64,000 bases of DNA, from positions 672,001-736,000 of the forward strand of contig CAWJYV010000007.1 in assembly GCA_963847185.1 (NCBI GenBank), given 5' to 3'. Positions 50,743 through 64,000 of this stretch are shown piece by piece. Every line of letters starts with the position of its first letter. The stretch's first letter is position 1. The DNA comes from an uncultured Methanosarcinaceae archaeon. Its GTDB lineage: Archaea > Halobacteriota > Methanosarcinia > Methanosarcinales > Methanosarcinaceae. Under the pieces are notes generated by a model. The model saw nothing but the letters and a program-made list of their open reading frames with translations, made no database searches and was not told the origin of the DNA. The position numbers were made by a program, and so were the translations under genes.

Positions 50743-51104
50743 GATTTTATTTATTTCCACTTTATTCTTCCGATTATCCGCTTTTTTAATTTTCATCTAC
50801 GATCTCTAATCTTATTCTTTTTCATTTTGTCTGAATAGTTTTGACTTACTTACTTTCAAATTTTTATTTTCTTGTTATCCCTTTTTATTCTTTCGGGGAG
50901 CACTCCTTCACTATCTATGGAATTATTGTATTAACTATATACTTTATTATTTATTACTTCGATCTATGTGAGTATATACCTCTCTATATTATATATTGGG
51001 AATATTTATATGCTTTTCTTCTTTTATACAACAATTATACTAAAACAAATTCGATAACTGTAGAGTAATGAGGTATTAGGATTTCTTAAAGGAGTATATA
51101 TAAA

Positions 51105-52040
51105 ATGACAACTAAATTAAAAACATGCGCAGTTCTTATATTACTGGTCATGGGATTTGTGTTTTTGGGAATTGGATGTACTGAAAAAAATAGTGGTGAC
51201 TCTTCTTCTGTTAATGAATCTTCTTCAGAGGGAGCCCCTGCAACTGAAACTACTACAGAAGAAACTACTGCTGGTGGAGCACAGAGTATTTCTCTGAAGG
51301 GCTCTGACACTGTTCTGCCTCTCGCACAGGCTGAAGCTGAAGAGTTCATGGTTGAAAACTCCGGGAAAAGTGTGACCGTTACTGGAGGCGGATCTGGTGT
51401 TGGTATCACAGCTTTAATTGATGGCGAGGTAGATATTGCTACCGCATCGAGAGAAATGAAGACTGAAGAAATCGAAGCCGCTAAAACAAACGGTATCAAT
51501 CCTGTAGAGACTACCATTGCTTATGACGGTATTTCAGTTATTGTAAACCCTCAGAATCCTGTTACCCAACTTACTTTTGATCAGCTTCGCGGCATCTACA
51601 ATGGAAGCGTTAGCAACTGGAAGGATGTTGGCGGAGAAGATAAGGAAATTGTAGTGATTTCCAGGGACAGCAGTTCTGGAACTTATGAGTACTTCAAGGA
51701 AGAAGTTTTACAGGGAGACGAATACCGGGCTGATGCCCTTACTCAGCCTGCTACAGGCGGAATTGTAGGTGAGGTTTCCCAGAACACCAATGCAATAGGA
51801 TATATCGGTGTTGCATACCTTGATGAAAGCGTAAAAGCCCTTAACCTGGATGCTGGAAACGGCTCTGAAGCTCCAACTTCTGAAAACATCCTCAGTGGTG
51901 CATACCCACTTTCAAGAGCTCTCTACTTCTACACCAACGGGGAACCCTCGGGTCTCACAAAGGAATTCATTGACTTTGTAACAAGCGAGAAAGGACAGAG
52001 TCTAATGACTGAAGTCGGGTACTTCCCGATGAAGAAATAA
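51105..52040 (+). CDS. pstS: Phosphate ABC transporter binding lipoprotein
   Basis: GSDTV, GGGSGVG, SRDSSSGT, YPLSR. Confidence 0.95.
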   Translation: MTTKLKTCAVLILLVMGFVFLGIGCTEKNSGDSSSVNESSSEGAPATETTTEETTAGGAQSISLKGSDTVLPLAQAEAEEFMVENSGKSVTVTGGGSGVGITALIDGEVDIATASREMKTEEIEAAKTNGINPVETTIAYDGISVIVNPQNPVTQLTFDQLRGIYNGSVSNWKDVGGEDKEIVVISRDSSSGTYEYFKEEVLQGDEYRADALTQPATGGIVGEVSQNTNAIGYIGVAYLDESVKALNLDAGNGSEAPTSENILSGAYPLSRALYFYTNGEPSGLTKEFIDFVTSEKGQSLMTEVGYFPMKK

Positions 52041-52079
52041 TAAAAAGTACTAAACTTTAAAACAGTTTAAGGGAAAAAC

Positions 52080-52970
52080 ATGTTTAGCAGGAATTATAAG
52101 GAAAAAGCGATCGAATCGGTGCTTTTCTCAGTAAGTGCGCTTACGGTGGTTATTCTTTTCCTTATATGCCTTTTTTTATTCAGGGATAGTCTACTTCTTT
52201 TTAAAGACACGTCCCTTCTGGACTTTCTTACAGGAAAGTTCTGGTACCCTACATCTGTGAATAGGCAGTTTGGACTATTACCTCTCTTTTTCGGTTCTCT
52301 TCTTGTCACTGCCGGAGCAATAATTTTCGCAGTGCCGCTGGGAATTGCCTGTGCTATTTATATTTCTGAGATTGCACATCCAAAGGTTGCAGATACTTTG
52401 AAACCCTTTATCGAAATCCTGGCAGGAATTCCTTCTGTCGTATTCGGATTTTTTGGGCTTGTTATTCTAGTTCCGGTTGCGCAGAACACCTTCAACTTGC
52501 CAACAGGACAAACCGCTCTTACAGGTTCCATTATGCTTGGAATCATGGCGCTTCCCACTATAATCACTATTTCGGAAGATGCCATAAGTTCGGTTCCCAG
52601 CACAATCAAACAGGGTTCACTTGCTCTGGGTGCTACAAGATGGCAGACCATATACAAAGTCATAGTCCCTGCTGCCCTCTCAGGAATCTCAGCAGCCGTA
52701 ATGCTCGGCATAGGGAGGGCCATAGGGGAGACAATGACTCTTATGATGGTAACTGGAAACACAGCAGTGATTCCTTCTTTTCCGGGAGGCATTCTAGATC
52801 CTGTAAGGACTATGACTGCTACAATTGCACTTGAAATGGGGGAAGTTCCTCAAGGGAGCGCTCACTTCCATGCTCTTTTTGCGGTCGGAACTGTGCTTTT
52901 TATTATAACTTTCCTGATCAACATGATTGCGGATTCTATTAAAAAGCGATACAGGTTCAAGGTGGACTGA
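52080..52970 (+). CDS. pstC: Phosphate ABC transporter permease
   Basis: LAGIPSVVFG, ALGATRWQTI, GRAIGETM. Confidence 0.95.
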   Translation: MFSRNYKEKAIESVLFSVSALTVVILFLICLFLFRDSLLLFKDTSLLDFLTGKFWYPTSVNRQFGLLPLFFGSLLVTAGAIIFAVPLGIACAIYISEIAHPKVADTLKPFIEILAGIPSVVFGFFGLVILVPVAQNTFNLPTGQTALTGSIMLGIMALPTIITISEDAISSVPSTIKQGSLALGATRWQTIYKVIVPAALSGISAAVMLGIGRAIGETMTLMMVTGNTAVIPSFPGGILDPVRTMTATIALEMGEVPQGSAHFHALFAVGTVLFIITFLINMIADSIKKRYRFKVD

Positions 52971-52972
52971 GC

Positions 52973-53896
52973 ATGGAGTTAAGTTCAAAATTAAATGAAA
53001 ATGATCATAACTTTGTTCAGGTGCAGGGTGGACTTAAAATGGGATTGAATGCAAGAACAAGTGAAAAGATCGCCTTTGCACTGCTCCGACTTTCGGCAAT
53101 GGCAGTAGCTGGATTTGTAGTAGTCATCCTTGCTTATATTGTTTACAATGGGTACAGTGCAATAAGTATTGAGTTTCTTACTGAAATGCCCCGCATGATG
53201 ATGACTAAAGGAGGAATTTATCCTGCGATTGTAGGTACCATTCTTCTTATTATGGGCTCAATGGCTGTAGCTCTTCCTATGGGGACTATGGCTGCCATTT
53301 ACCTGAATGAATACGCGGGAGAAACCCGTACGACCTGGTTTATAGAAATGGCAATCAACAACCTTGCAGGAACCCCGTCTGTAGTTTTCGGGCTCTTCGG
53401 ACTGGCGCTGTTTGTTAAATATTTTGGTTTTGGTTCTTCTTTGCTCTCTTCCTCTCTTACTCTTTCTCTTCTGATCATTCCTGTAATTATCCGTTCTACT
53501 CAGGAGGCTCTGATTGCAGTCCCGAATGAGTATCGTGATTCCTCTCTTGCTCTCGGGGTTAGCAAATGGCAGACTATAAGGCATGTGGTGCTTCCTGCAG
53601 CTATCCCTGGAATTGTTACAGGCTCTATTCTGAGTATTGGGAGGGTTGCAGGAGAAACAGCTCCTATTCTCCTCACAGGTGTCGCTTATTTTCTGCCGAG
53701 GCTGCCGGACTCAATTCATTCTCAGTTCATGGCCCTTCCATATCATCTCTTTGTGCTTGCTACCTCCGGAACGAACATTGTCAAAACCAGGCCCCTTCAG
53801 TACGGAACGGCTCTTGTTCTTTTGATGATTGTGCTGGGTTTAAATCTTATAGCGGTTCTTATCCGAAGGCACTACAGGCAAAAATTGAAAATTTGA
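52973..53896 (+). CDS. pstA: Phosphate ABC transporter permease (start may be 53039)
   Basis: LAGTPSVVFG, ALGVSKWQTI, GRVAGETAP. Confidence 0.95.
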   Translation: MELSSKLNENDHNFVQVQGGLKMGLNARTSEKIAFALLRLSAMAVAGFVVVILAYIVYNGYSAISIEFLTEMPRMMMTKGGIYPAIVGTILLIMGSMAVALPMGTMAAIYLNEYAGETRTTWFIEMAINNLAGTPSVVFGLFGLALFVKYFGFGSSLLSSSLTLSLLIIPVIIRSTQEALIAVPNEYRDSSLALGVSKWQTIRHVVLPAAIPGIVTGSILSIGRVAGETAPILLTGVAYFLPRLPDSIHSQFMALPYHLFVLATSGTNIVKTRPLQYGTALVLLMIVLGLNLIAVLIRRHYRQKLKI

Positions 53897-53971
53897 TTAA
53901 ATTCTTATAAATAAAGGATCAAGTTTAGATTCTCAAAAATGTCATGCTTATATGTAAATTGAGGTCGATAA

Positions 53972-54748
53972 ATGACTGAAGTTGTTCAAAACGTAGCTCA
54001 GCCTCATATAATTGTAGAAAATCTTAATCTGTGGTATGGGGAAAAGCAGGCCCTTAGAAATATATCTATGCGTGTCCCCAAAAACAGCGTAACTGCTCTT
54101 ATAGGGCCTTCAGGCTGTGGTAAGTCTACTTTTATCCGCTGCTTAAACCGGATGAACGATCTTGTTAAAAACTGCAGGATCGAAGGTAAAGTTTTAATTG
54201 AAGACCAGAACATCTACGGAGCAGATGTGGATGTTGTTGAGCTCCGGAAACAGGTGGGTATGGTTTTTCAGAAGCCTAATCCTTTTCCTATGTCCATACA
54301 TGACAATATTGCATATGGGCCGCGTATCCATGGAGTAAATAAGAAGGATCTTGATGGGATTGTTGAGAATGCTCTTCATTCGGCTGCTCTCTGGGAAGAA
54401 ACATCAGACAGGCTCAAGTCTTCTGCTCTTTCTCTAAGTGGTGGACAGCAGCAAAGGCTTTGTATTGCCAGGACTCTGGCAGTAAAGCCAAAAGTTATTC
54501 TTTTCGATGAGCCCACGAGCGCTCTTGATCCAATTTCCACTTCAAGGATTGAAGATCTTATAATGAACCTTAAAAAAGATTATACAATAGTAATTGTAAC
54601 TCATAATATGCAACAGGCAGCAAGGATTTCGGACTACACGGGATTTTTCCTTATGGGAGAACTGATTGAGTTCGGTCAAACAAGACAGATTTTTCACAGT
54701 CCCAGGGAAAAGAGCACTGAAGATTATATTACTGGCAGGTTTGGGTGA
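53972..54748 (+). CDS. pstB: Phosphate ABC transporter ATPase
   Basis: [38 protein letters not shown]. Confidence 0.97.
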   Translation: MTEVVQNVAQPHIIVENLNLWYGEKQALRNISMRVPKNSVTALIGPSGCGKSTFIRCLNRMNDLVKNCRIEGKVLIEDQNIYGADVDVVELRKQVGMVFQKPNPFPMSIHDNIAYGPRIHGVNKKDLDGIVENALHSAALWEETSDRLKSSALSLSGGQQQRLCIARTLAVKPKVILFDEPTSALDPISTSRIEDLIMNLKKDYTIVIVTHNMQQAARISDYTGFFLMGELIEFGQTRQIFHSPREKSTEDYITGRFG

Positions 54749-55404
54749 TTAAAATGGTTAGAGAACGATACTTTGAGCAGCTGGATCTGCTTAAAAAGTC
54801 CTTGCTCTCTCTGGGAGAAATGTCTGAGCTGGTTTTTCGCGATTCCATGGAGGCGGTTATAGATCTCAATATCGAGCTTGCCAATAAGACTCTTGCCCTT
54901 GAGCCCAAAGCGGATAAGCTTGAGGAAGAAATTGAGGCCTCTATCTTTGACCTGCTTGCGCTTCAGCAGCCTATGGCAAGTGATCTCAGGCTTGTCGTGT
55001 CCACACTTAAGATTGCAGCAGACCTTAAAAGAATTGTAGGTCTCTCAATGAATATTGCCAAAATCCCTAGTAAAATCGAAGGTGGGCATATAAAGCCGCT
55101 TATAGATACGAGAAAAATGGCAGATATTGCGGCATATATGCTTGAAAACTCCCTAAAAGCCTTCGAAACTCAGGATCATGAACTTGCAAAGGCAACAGCA
55201 GCAAGGGATGACGAGGTTGACAAACTTTTTTACGCGGTTTGGGTTGAGTTAATAGAAATGATGGCAAAAGATACCAGCATTGTTTCCAAAGCGACGTATC
55301 TACTCTTCTTGGTCCGTTATATTGAAAGAATTTCCGATCACTGCTGTGTTATCTGTGAGAGCGTAGTATACCTGAAGACAGCTGAGAGGGTTAAGCTAAA
55401 CTGA
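54745..55404 (+). CDS. phoU: Phosphate signalling protein PhoU
   Basis: [22 protein letters not shown]...ICE. Confidence 0.93.
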   Translation: MIKMVRERYFEQLDLLKKSLLSLGEMSELVFRDSMEAVIDLNIELANKTLALEPKADKLEEEIEASIFDLLALQQPMASDLRLVVSTLKIAADLKRIVGLSMNIAKIPSKIEGGHIKPLIDTRKMADIAAYMLENSLKAFETQDHELAKATAARDDEVDKLFYAVWVELIEMMAKDTSIVSKATYLLFLVRYIERISDHCCVICESVVYLKTAERVKLN

Positions 55405-55656
55405 AACGACTTTTCGTCTTTCCTTTTTAGTTTTCCTTCCTTTCTTTTATTTTTATTTCTGTCCTTTTTTGCTTTTTCGTCTTTGTTTTTTGTTTTATAT
55501 TTTTTGTTTCTTGTTTTCTATCTTATTTTTGCTTTTTACTTTTTCTTTTTTGCTCTTTTTAGTCCGAGTTTTTCTTTTTTCGTCTCAATTCTCCACTATT
55601 CTCTATTTCTCTTTAATGTACATATTTTAAGTATACTTATAAGCATATAGACGCCC

Positions 55657-57042
55657 ATGCCTGATATTCTTATCAAAAATACAAGGATCTATTACAATAA
55701 CTCTCTTCAGCCTGCCGAAATCATTATTGAAGGCGGTAAAGTAACAAAAATCGCAAAAGATCTAAGAGTCTCAAGTTCGGATCTTATTATCGATGCCGGG
55801 GGTTCTCTCACCCTGCCTGCAGGAATTGATGTGCATGTCCATTTCAGGGAACCTGGTATGACTGCAAAAGAAAACTGGTATACAGGTTCCTGTGCGGCAG
55901 CTGCCGGAGGAGTTACAACTGTTATTGACCAGCCCAATACGATTCCTCCCACAACTGATAGGCGTTCTTTTGAACAGAAACTTAAGCTTGCCAGGAAGAA
56001 GTCTATTGTTGATTTCGGGATTAATGGTGGAGTAACCGGAAATATGGAGAAGCTAAAAGAACTCTGGAATCTGGGGGTTACAGCCTTTGGGGAGATTTTC
56101 ATGGCTGAATCCACGGGAGGGTTAAATATAAATGAGGAAACCTTTGAGGAGGCTCTTGTTGAGATTAAACGCCTCGATGCCCTTGCAACCATCCATGCAG
56201 AAGACGAAAAGATGCGCCTTGAGCTGGAAGGGCTGTTAAAAGGGGATGTTTCTCCGGACTACCATTCCAGGGTGCGTCCCAATGCATGTGAAGCTGCTGC
56301 TGTTCAAAAAGCTCTGGAACTTATTTCAAGACTTAAAGTCAGGGCACATTTCTGCCATCTGAGCACACTTGAAGCTGTAGGTATGATAAGAAAGGAAAAA
56401 TATCTTGCAAGGAAGGAAAATAAAACACCTCTTTTTACCAGTGAAGTTACTCCTCACCATCTTTTTCTTTCCACGCGGGATTGGGAACGGTTAAGATCTT
56501 TTGGAAAAATGAATCCGCCTCTCAGGGGAAATCATAGTATTAAAGCCCTTGTAAATGGGATTAATGATGGGACTATTGACATGGTGGCTTCGGATCATGC
56601 TCCTCATCTGGAATCTGAAAAAGATGTTGACCTAAGAGTTGCTCCTTCGGGAGTTCCCGGAGTTGAGACTCTAATGCCTCTCATGCTTGCCGCAGTCAGA
56701 AAAAACATTTTGCCTCTTTCACAGATGATTATGCTTACAAGCTGGAATCCTGCAAGGGCTTTCGGGCTGGATGCTCAGGGCAAGGGAAGGCTTGAAGTAG
56801 GGTTTGATGCCGACCTCATAATTGTAGATCCCCGTGCCATTCAACCAATTAAGGCTGAGATGCTGCACAGTAAAGCTGGATGGACCCCTTTTGAAGACAT
56901 GGATGCGGTCTTTCCACAGTATACTTTGTCCAGGGGTGAGGTTATATGGGCTGAAGAGTTCATTAATGCAAAGGCTGGAAGGGGCAAGTTTCTGGAAGGT
57001 AAAGGTAAAGGTTCAGGAGAAAATTTCGAAGAGACCGAGTAA
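55657..57042 (+). CDS. pyrC: Dihydroorotase
   Basis: DVHVHFREPG, PNTIP, EVTPHHL, KMNPPLR, SDHAPH, SKAGWTPF. Confidence 0.93.
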   Translation: MPDILIKNTRIYYNNSLQPAEIIIEGGKVTKIAKDLRVSSSDLIIDAGGSLTLPAGIDVHVHFREPGMTAKENWYTGSCAAAAGGVTTVIDQPNTIPPTTDRRSFEQKLKLARKKSIVDFGINGGVTGNMEKLKELWNLGVTAFGEIFMAESTGGLNINEETFEEALVEIKRLDALATIHAEDEKMRLELEGLLKGDVSPDYHSRVRPNACEAAAVQKALELISRLKVRAHFCHLSTLEAVGMIRKEKYLARKENKTPLFTSEVTPHHLFLSTRDWERLRSFGKMNPPLRGNHSIKALVNGINDGTIDMVASDHAPHLESEKDVDLRVAPSGVPGVETLMPLMLAAVRKNILPLSQMIMLTSWNPARAFGLDAQGKGRLEVGFDADLIIVDPRAIQPIKAEMLHSKAGWTPFEDMDAVFPQYTLSRGEVIWAEEFINAKAGRGKFLEGKGKGSGENFEETE

Positions 57043-57215
57043 AACCTGTGCTATAACGACTTTGGATAGGTTGATCTGAACCTGAGTTGTGTGTCAAAAA
57101 AGTTTAAAGTAAACATTGATCTTAACCCGAAATTGTATTTAAGGAAAAAAATGCATGGAATAAAGTCCAGTTTCTTGGAAAAGCAGATACTTTTCCAGAT
57201 GCTGGTTTTTCCTAT

Positions 57216-57764
57216 TCAGTAAAAATCAATCGAGTCCAGCTGGGACTGCAAAAGTTCCTGATGTTTCTTTTCAAGGAATTTGTAGACTGCACCGTGGGTG
57301 GCTCCTTCAAGCAGCATTTTTATGGCAGTCCTTACTACGTTATTTTGTTCAGGATACCCAAGTATGGATACGGTTTTCCCATATACTGAAATCTTGACAT
57401 TAATCAAGGTCTCTGTGAGCTCTCTAGTTCTCCCATTTCTTCCGATAATCCGGCCTTTTACGCGCTGAAGTTCTTTTGGAGTAGTAGCGACGTCAGAAAG
57501 GTCAATGACTTCAAGAGCAAGCATCTCGTCATCAAGGAGCTCAAATGCTTTTTCAGGACTGAAACCTCTTCCTATGGCTTTGAGAGTTTCAAGAATCCTA
57601 AATTCCATTAGCGGGTCTTCCTCGCAGGTGACATCTATTTTTCCACTTTCACTGTCAATATCCAGTTGACACGCGGATTTATCCTCAATAAATTTCTTTG
57701 TTTCTCCTTTCGGGCCTATAATTACTCCGATTCTATCTTTGGGAATTTTGACATATTGAGTCAT
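57216..57764 (-). CDS. KH-domain rRNA-processing protein (Dim2/Pno1/Krr1 family)
   Basis: RIGVIIG..G, AIGRGFSPE, GRIIG..G.TR, G..H..VY. Confidence 0.92.
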   Translation of the reverse strand: MTQYVKIPKDRIGVIIGPKGETKKFIEDKSACQLDIDSESGKIDVTCEEDPLMEFRILETLKAIGRGFSPEKAFELLDDEMLALEVIDLSDVATTPKELQRVKGRIIGRNGRTRELTETLINVKISVYGKTVSILGYPEQNNVVRTAIKMLLEGATHGAVYKFLEKKHQELLQSQLDSIDFY

Positions 57765-58543
57765 TGTTGTTCCGCCTGTATTTTTGTAAGCAGTTCTTCA
57801 GGTTTGTCTTTGATCCCGTAGCGGCTGAAGAACCTGAGTATATTTCGTACGTCCCTGTAGAGGAACTCTCGGGCGTTAGGATGTTCCAGTGTTACGGATT
57901 GCCCCATATCGATGAATATGGGGGCTATATCGTGTGGATCGATCAGGATGTTATATTCGCTCAGATCAGCATGTACAAGGTTTGCTTCTTTGTAAAGGAG
58001 GCTCATGTATTTGACAATTGTGTCAAAAACAGATTTTACTTCTTCCCCTTCAAGAGGTGTGTTCTTCAGAAGAGGGTAAGGTACCTCTTTTTCTCCCATA
58101 AATTCCATGATCAAGATATTTTTTTCGGCAAGCAATGGCTCCGGAACCCGAACTCCTGCACTTTTTGCACGTTTAAGGTTCTGGAATTCCTTGCGTGTCC
58201 ATGCAAAAATTATGTCTCGCTTGTTATTTCGGATATTTGTGAAGCGAGGATCCTTCATAATGTAGGCATCCATAGCCTTGAAAGTGCTGCTAGAAATTCG
58301 GTATATTTTCACTGCCAGCTCTTTTTCCGGGCCCTCTGCATGAAATACATTCGCTTCTTTTCCAGTACTGATGGATCCACCCATTGCTTTTATTATGCCT
58401 TTATTGGAGAGAGTATAAAGTATTTTAAGGGTGGGTACATCGAATACATTTTCTTCTACCTTTAACCTCTCGGAGTCTTTCTCCCTGGCACGCGCTTTGT
58501 CTTTAGCGCTGTCGATGCGCCTGATTTTTTCTTCGTTGTCCAT
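57761..58543 (-). CDS. rio1: RIO1 atypical kinase
   Basis: STGKEANV, AVKIY, W..KEF.NL, VHADLSEYNIL, IDMGQ. Confidence 0.95.
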   Translation of the reverse strand: MDNEEKIRRIDSAKDKARAREKDSERLKVEENVFDVPTLKILYTLSNKGIIKAMGGSISTGKEANVFHAEGPEKELAVKIYRISSSTFKAMDAYIMKDPRFTNIRNNKRDIIFAWTRKEFQNLKRAKSAGVRVPEPLLAEKNILIMEFMGEKEVPYPLLKNTPLEGEEVKSVFDTIVKYMSLLYKEANLVHADLSEYNILIDPHDIAPIFIDMGQSVTLEHPNAREFLYRDVRNILRFFSRYGIKDKPEELLTKIQAEQQ

Positions 58544-58550
58544 TCCTACT

Positions 58551-58880
58551 TTATCCTTTCAGATATCCTTTCCTTTCAAGCCAGTCTATTTGCGGCCTTG
58601 TATACTTCCAGATCACATCTGCTTTTTCATTCTGGAATTCCCAGGGCACGACAATGACTACATCTCCTTCTCTAATCCATGTCTTTTTCTTCATTGAACC
58701 GGGGATTCTTCCCATACGAACGACTCCATCAATGCAACGTAGCCTCAAGCGGTTTGCGCCAAGAAGGCTCTCTACAGTTGCCAGGATCTCGTTATTATCC
58801 CTTCGCGGTGTGCGTACTCTTGTGACTGTTTCTTCCGTGTCAGGTTTGGCTCTGGATGTAGGTTTCTTTAAGTCTGCCAG
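58551..58880 (-). CDS. eif1a: Translation initiation factor aIF-1A; frame extends to CTG 58880
   Basis: RVRTP...EILATV..LLG.NR...[24 protein letters not shown]....KAD..WKY. Confidence 0.95.
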   Translation of the reverse strand: MADLKKPTSRAKPDTEETVTRVRTPRRDNNEILATVESLLGANRLRLRCIDGVVRMGRIPGSMKKKTWIREGDVVIVVPWEFQNEKADVIWKYTRPQIDWLERKGYLKG

Positions 58881-59094
58881 TGTGATTCCCCATTAATCTG
58901 GTTTGAATTATTATTGTGTTTTTTTATTTTTGTATCCTTAAATACCCTTATATAGATTTTTTCGGACTTTAAGGTTATTAGTTCTGCAGCTTTCATCTTG
59001 TTGTTGTTATTTTAATGCTGCGCTTTTCTGCTATCTTTTAATGTTCTTTTACGCACTTCTTATTGTTATTTTTTTCGAAGTAGTCATGTGGGCG

Positions 59095-59400
59095 ACAGTT
59101 ATTTATATCAGATGTGTCTTTGTATGTCCTACGCGCAAAACAAGTGCGCGCCGCTCTCGAATTCTAAGTTCAAGGGTGGAATTCAGGATTAAAATGAAAC
59201 AAATTTTTCTTATCTGTCAAGTTTGTTTTTTTGAAATGTTTCCTGGATGAAAAGCTTTATATACTAAAACTGATGTATATATGTTTCCCGTTCCAGCGTG
59301 AAATTAAGTCTGCTGAATGGTTTTCTTATAGTTATCTGGTTGATAATTCTCCTTTATTTAAGTGAGGATGGATGCCTTTAAATACTATGAGAGCGTATAT
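59095..59400 (+). promoter_or_regulatory. Tandem rRNA promoters
   Basis: TATA-like TTTATA at ~59102, AAGCTTTTATATA at ~59252 and CCTTTAAATA at ~59375. Confidence 0.55.
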
Positions 59401-59614
59401 ATAACTTCCTGCATCTTAAATGCAGCAAATACTACTCATTAAAATGGAGTCAGGAGTTGTTTCCTGACTGACGAGGATTTTGTCGGTTCGGTTAATTCTG
59501 GTTGGTAGTTGTTTTTCATAAAACATCTATCGCGAACTTGAATAACTGAATTGATGTTGTTAGTGCAAGTTTCTGCGACCAAGACCTTTAATTTTAAGTG
59601 TGCGATACTTAACA

Positions 59615-61089
<1,475 letters not shown>

Positions 61090-61312
61090 AAGCACAAAAC
61101 ACACCAACCAGATGCCGATAAACCGAACAAAATCCTCAAACCATTAACTACTCGATCATAATCTAATGATCAATTTTTAACTCATTTAATGCACCCGGTA
61201 AGTAAATTATCGGGGAAGGACGGATCGCCTGTGCGGAACCGCAGGCTCATGAAGTCATGTATAGGTGCTGTATACTGGACGCTAACTGGACCTGGTTAGG
61301 ATATACAGGAAT

Positions 61313-64000
<2,688 letters not shown>

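Noticed and set aside
461-58896. Numerous antisense or alternate-frame ORFs (e.g. 12481-12867, 18153-18683, 57764-58465)
   Set aside because: Shadows of well-supported genes, with no recognisable motifs

Overview
This is a chromosomal window from a Methanosarcina species (16S signature, DUF1608 S-layer gene, MtaA/CmuA methyltransferase, NrpRII). It holds about 55 CDS, an intron-containing tRNA-Met, the start of an rRNA operon (16S plus partial 23S, no tRNA in the spacer), two probable MITE-like elements and a CDF-transporter remnant. No CRISPR array, prophage or intact transposase was seen. The most interesting signals are: (1) a tusA-dsrE-iscS*-iscU/DUF59 operon whose IscS lacks the PLP lysine and the stacking His but keeps the persulfide Cys, suggesting a cysteine-independent sulfur relay for Fe-S assembly; (2) an orphan restriction-modification-like specificity protein with an in-frame UAG at an expected Trp site, a candidate new pyrrolysine protein; (3) four genes whose N-terminal reading frame has no in-frame ATG/GTG/TTG and appears to start at CTG, ATA or ATT, including initiation factor aIF1A; (4) several unannotated structured RNA candidates, one beside the phosphate regulator; (5) frameshifts confined almost entirely to surface-protein genes, probably assembly artefacts. 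Protein family calls come from motif recognition by eye, not from database searches.
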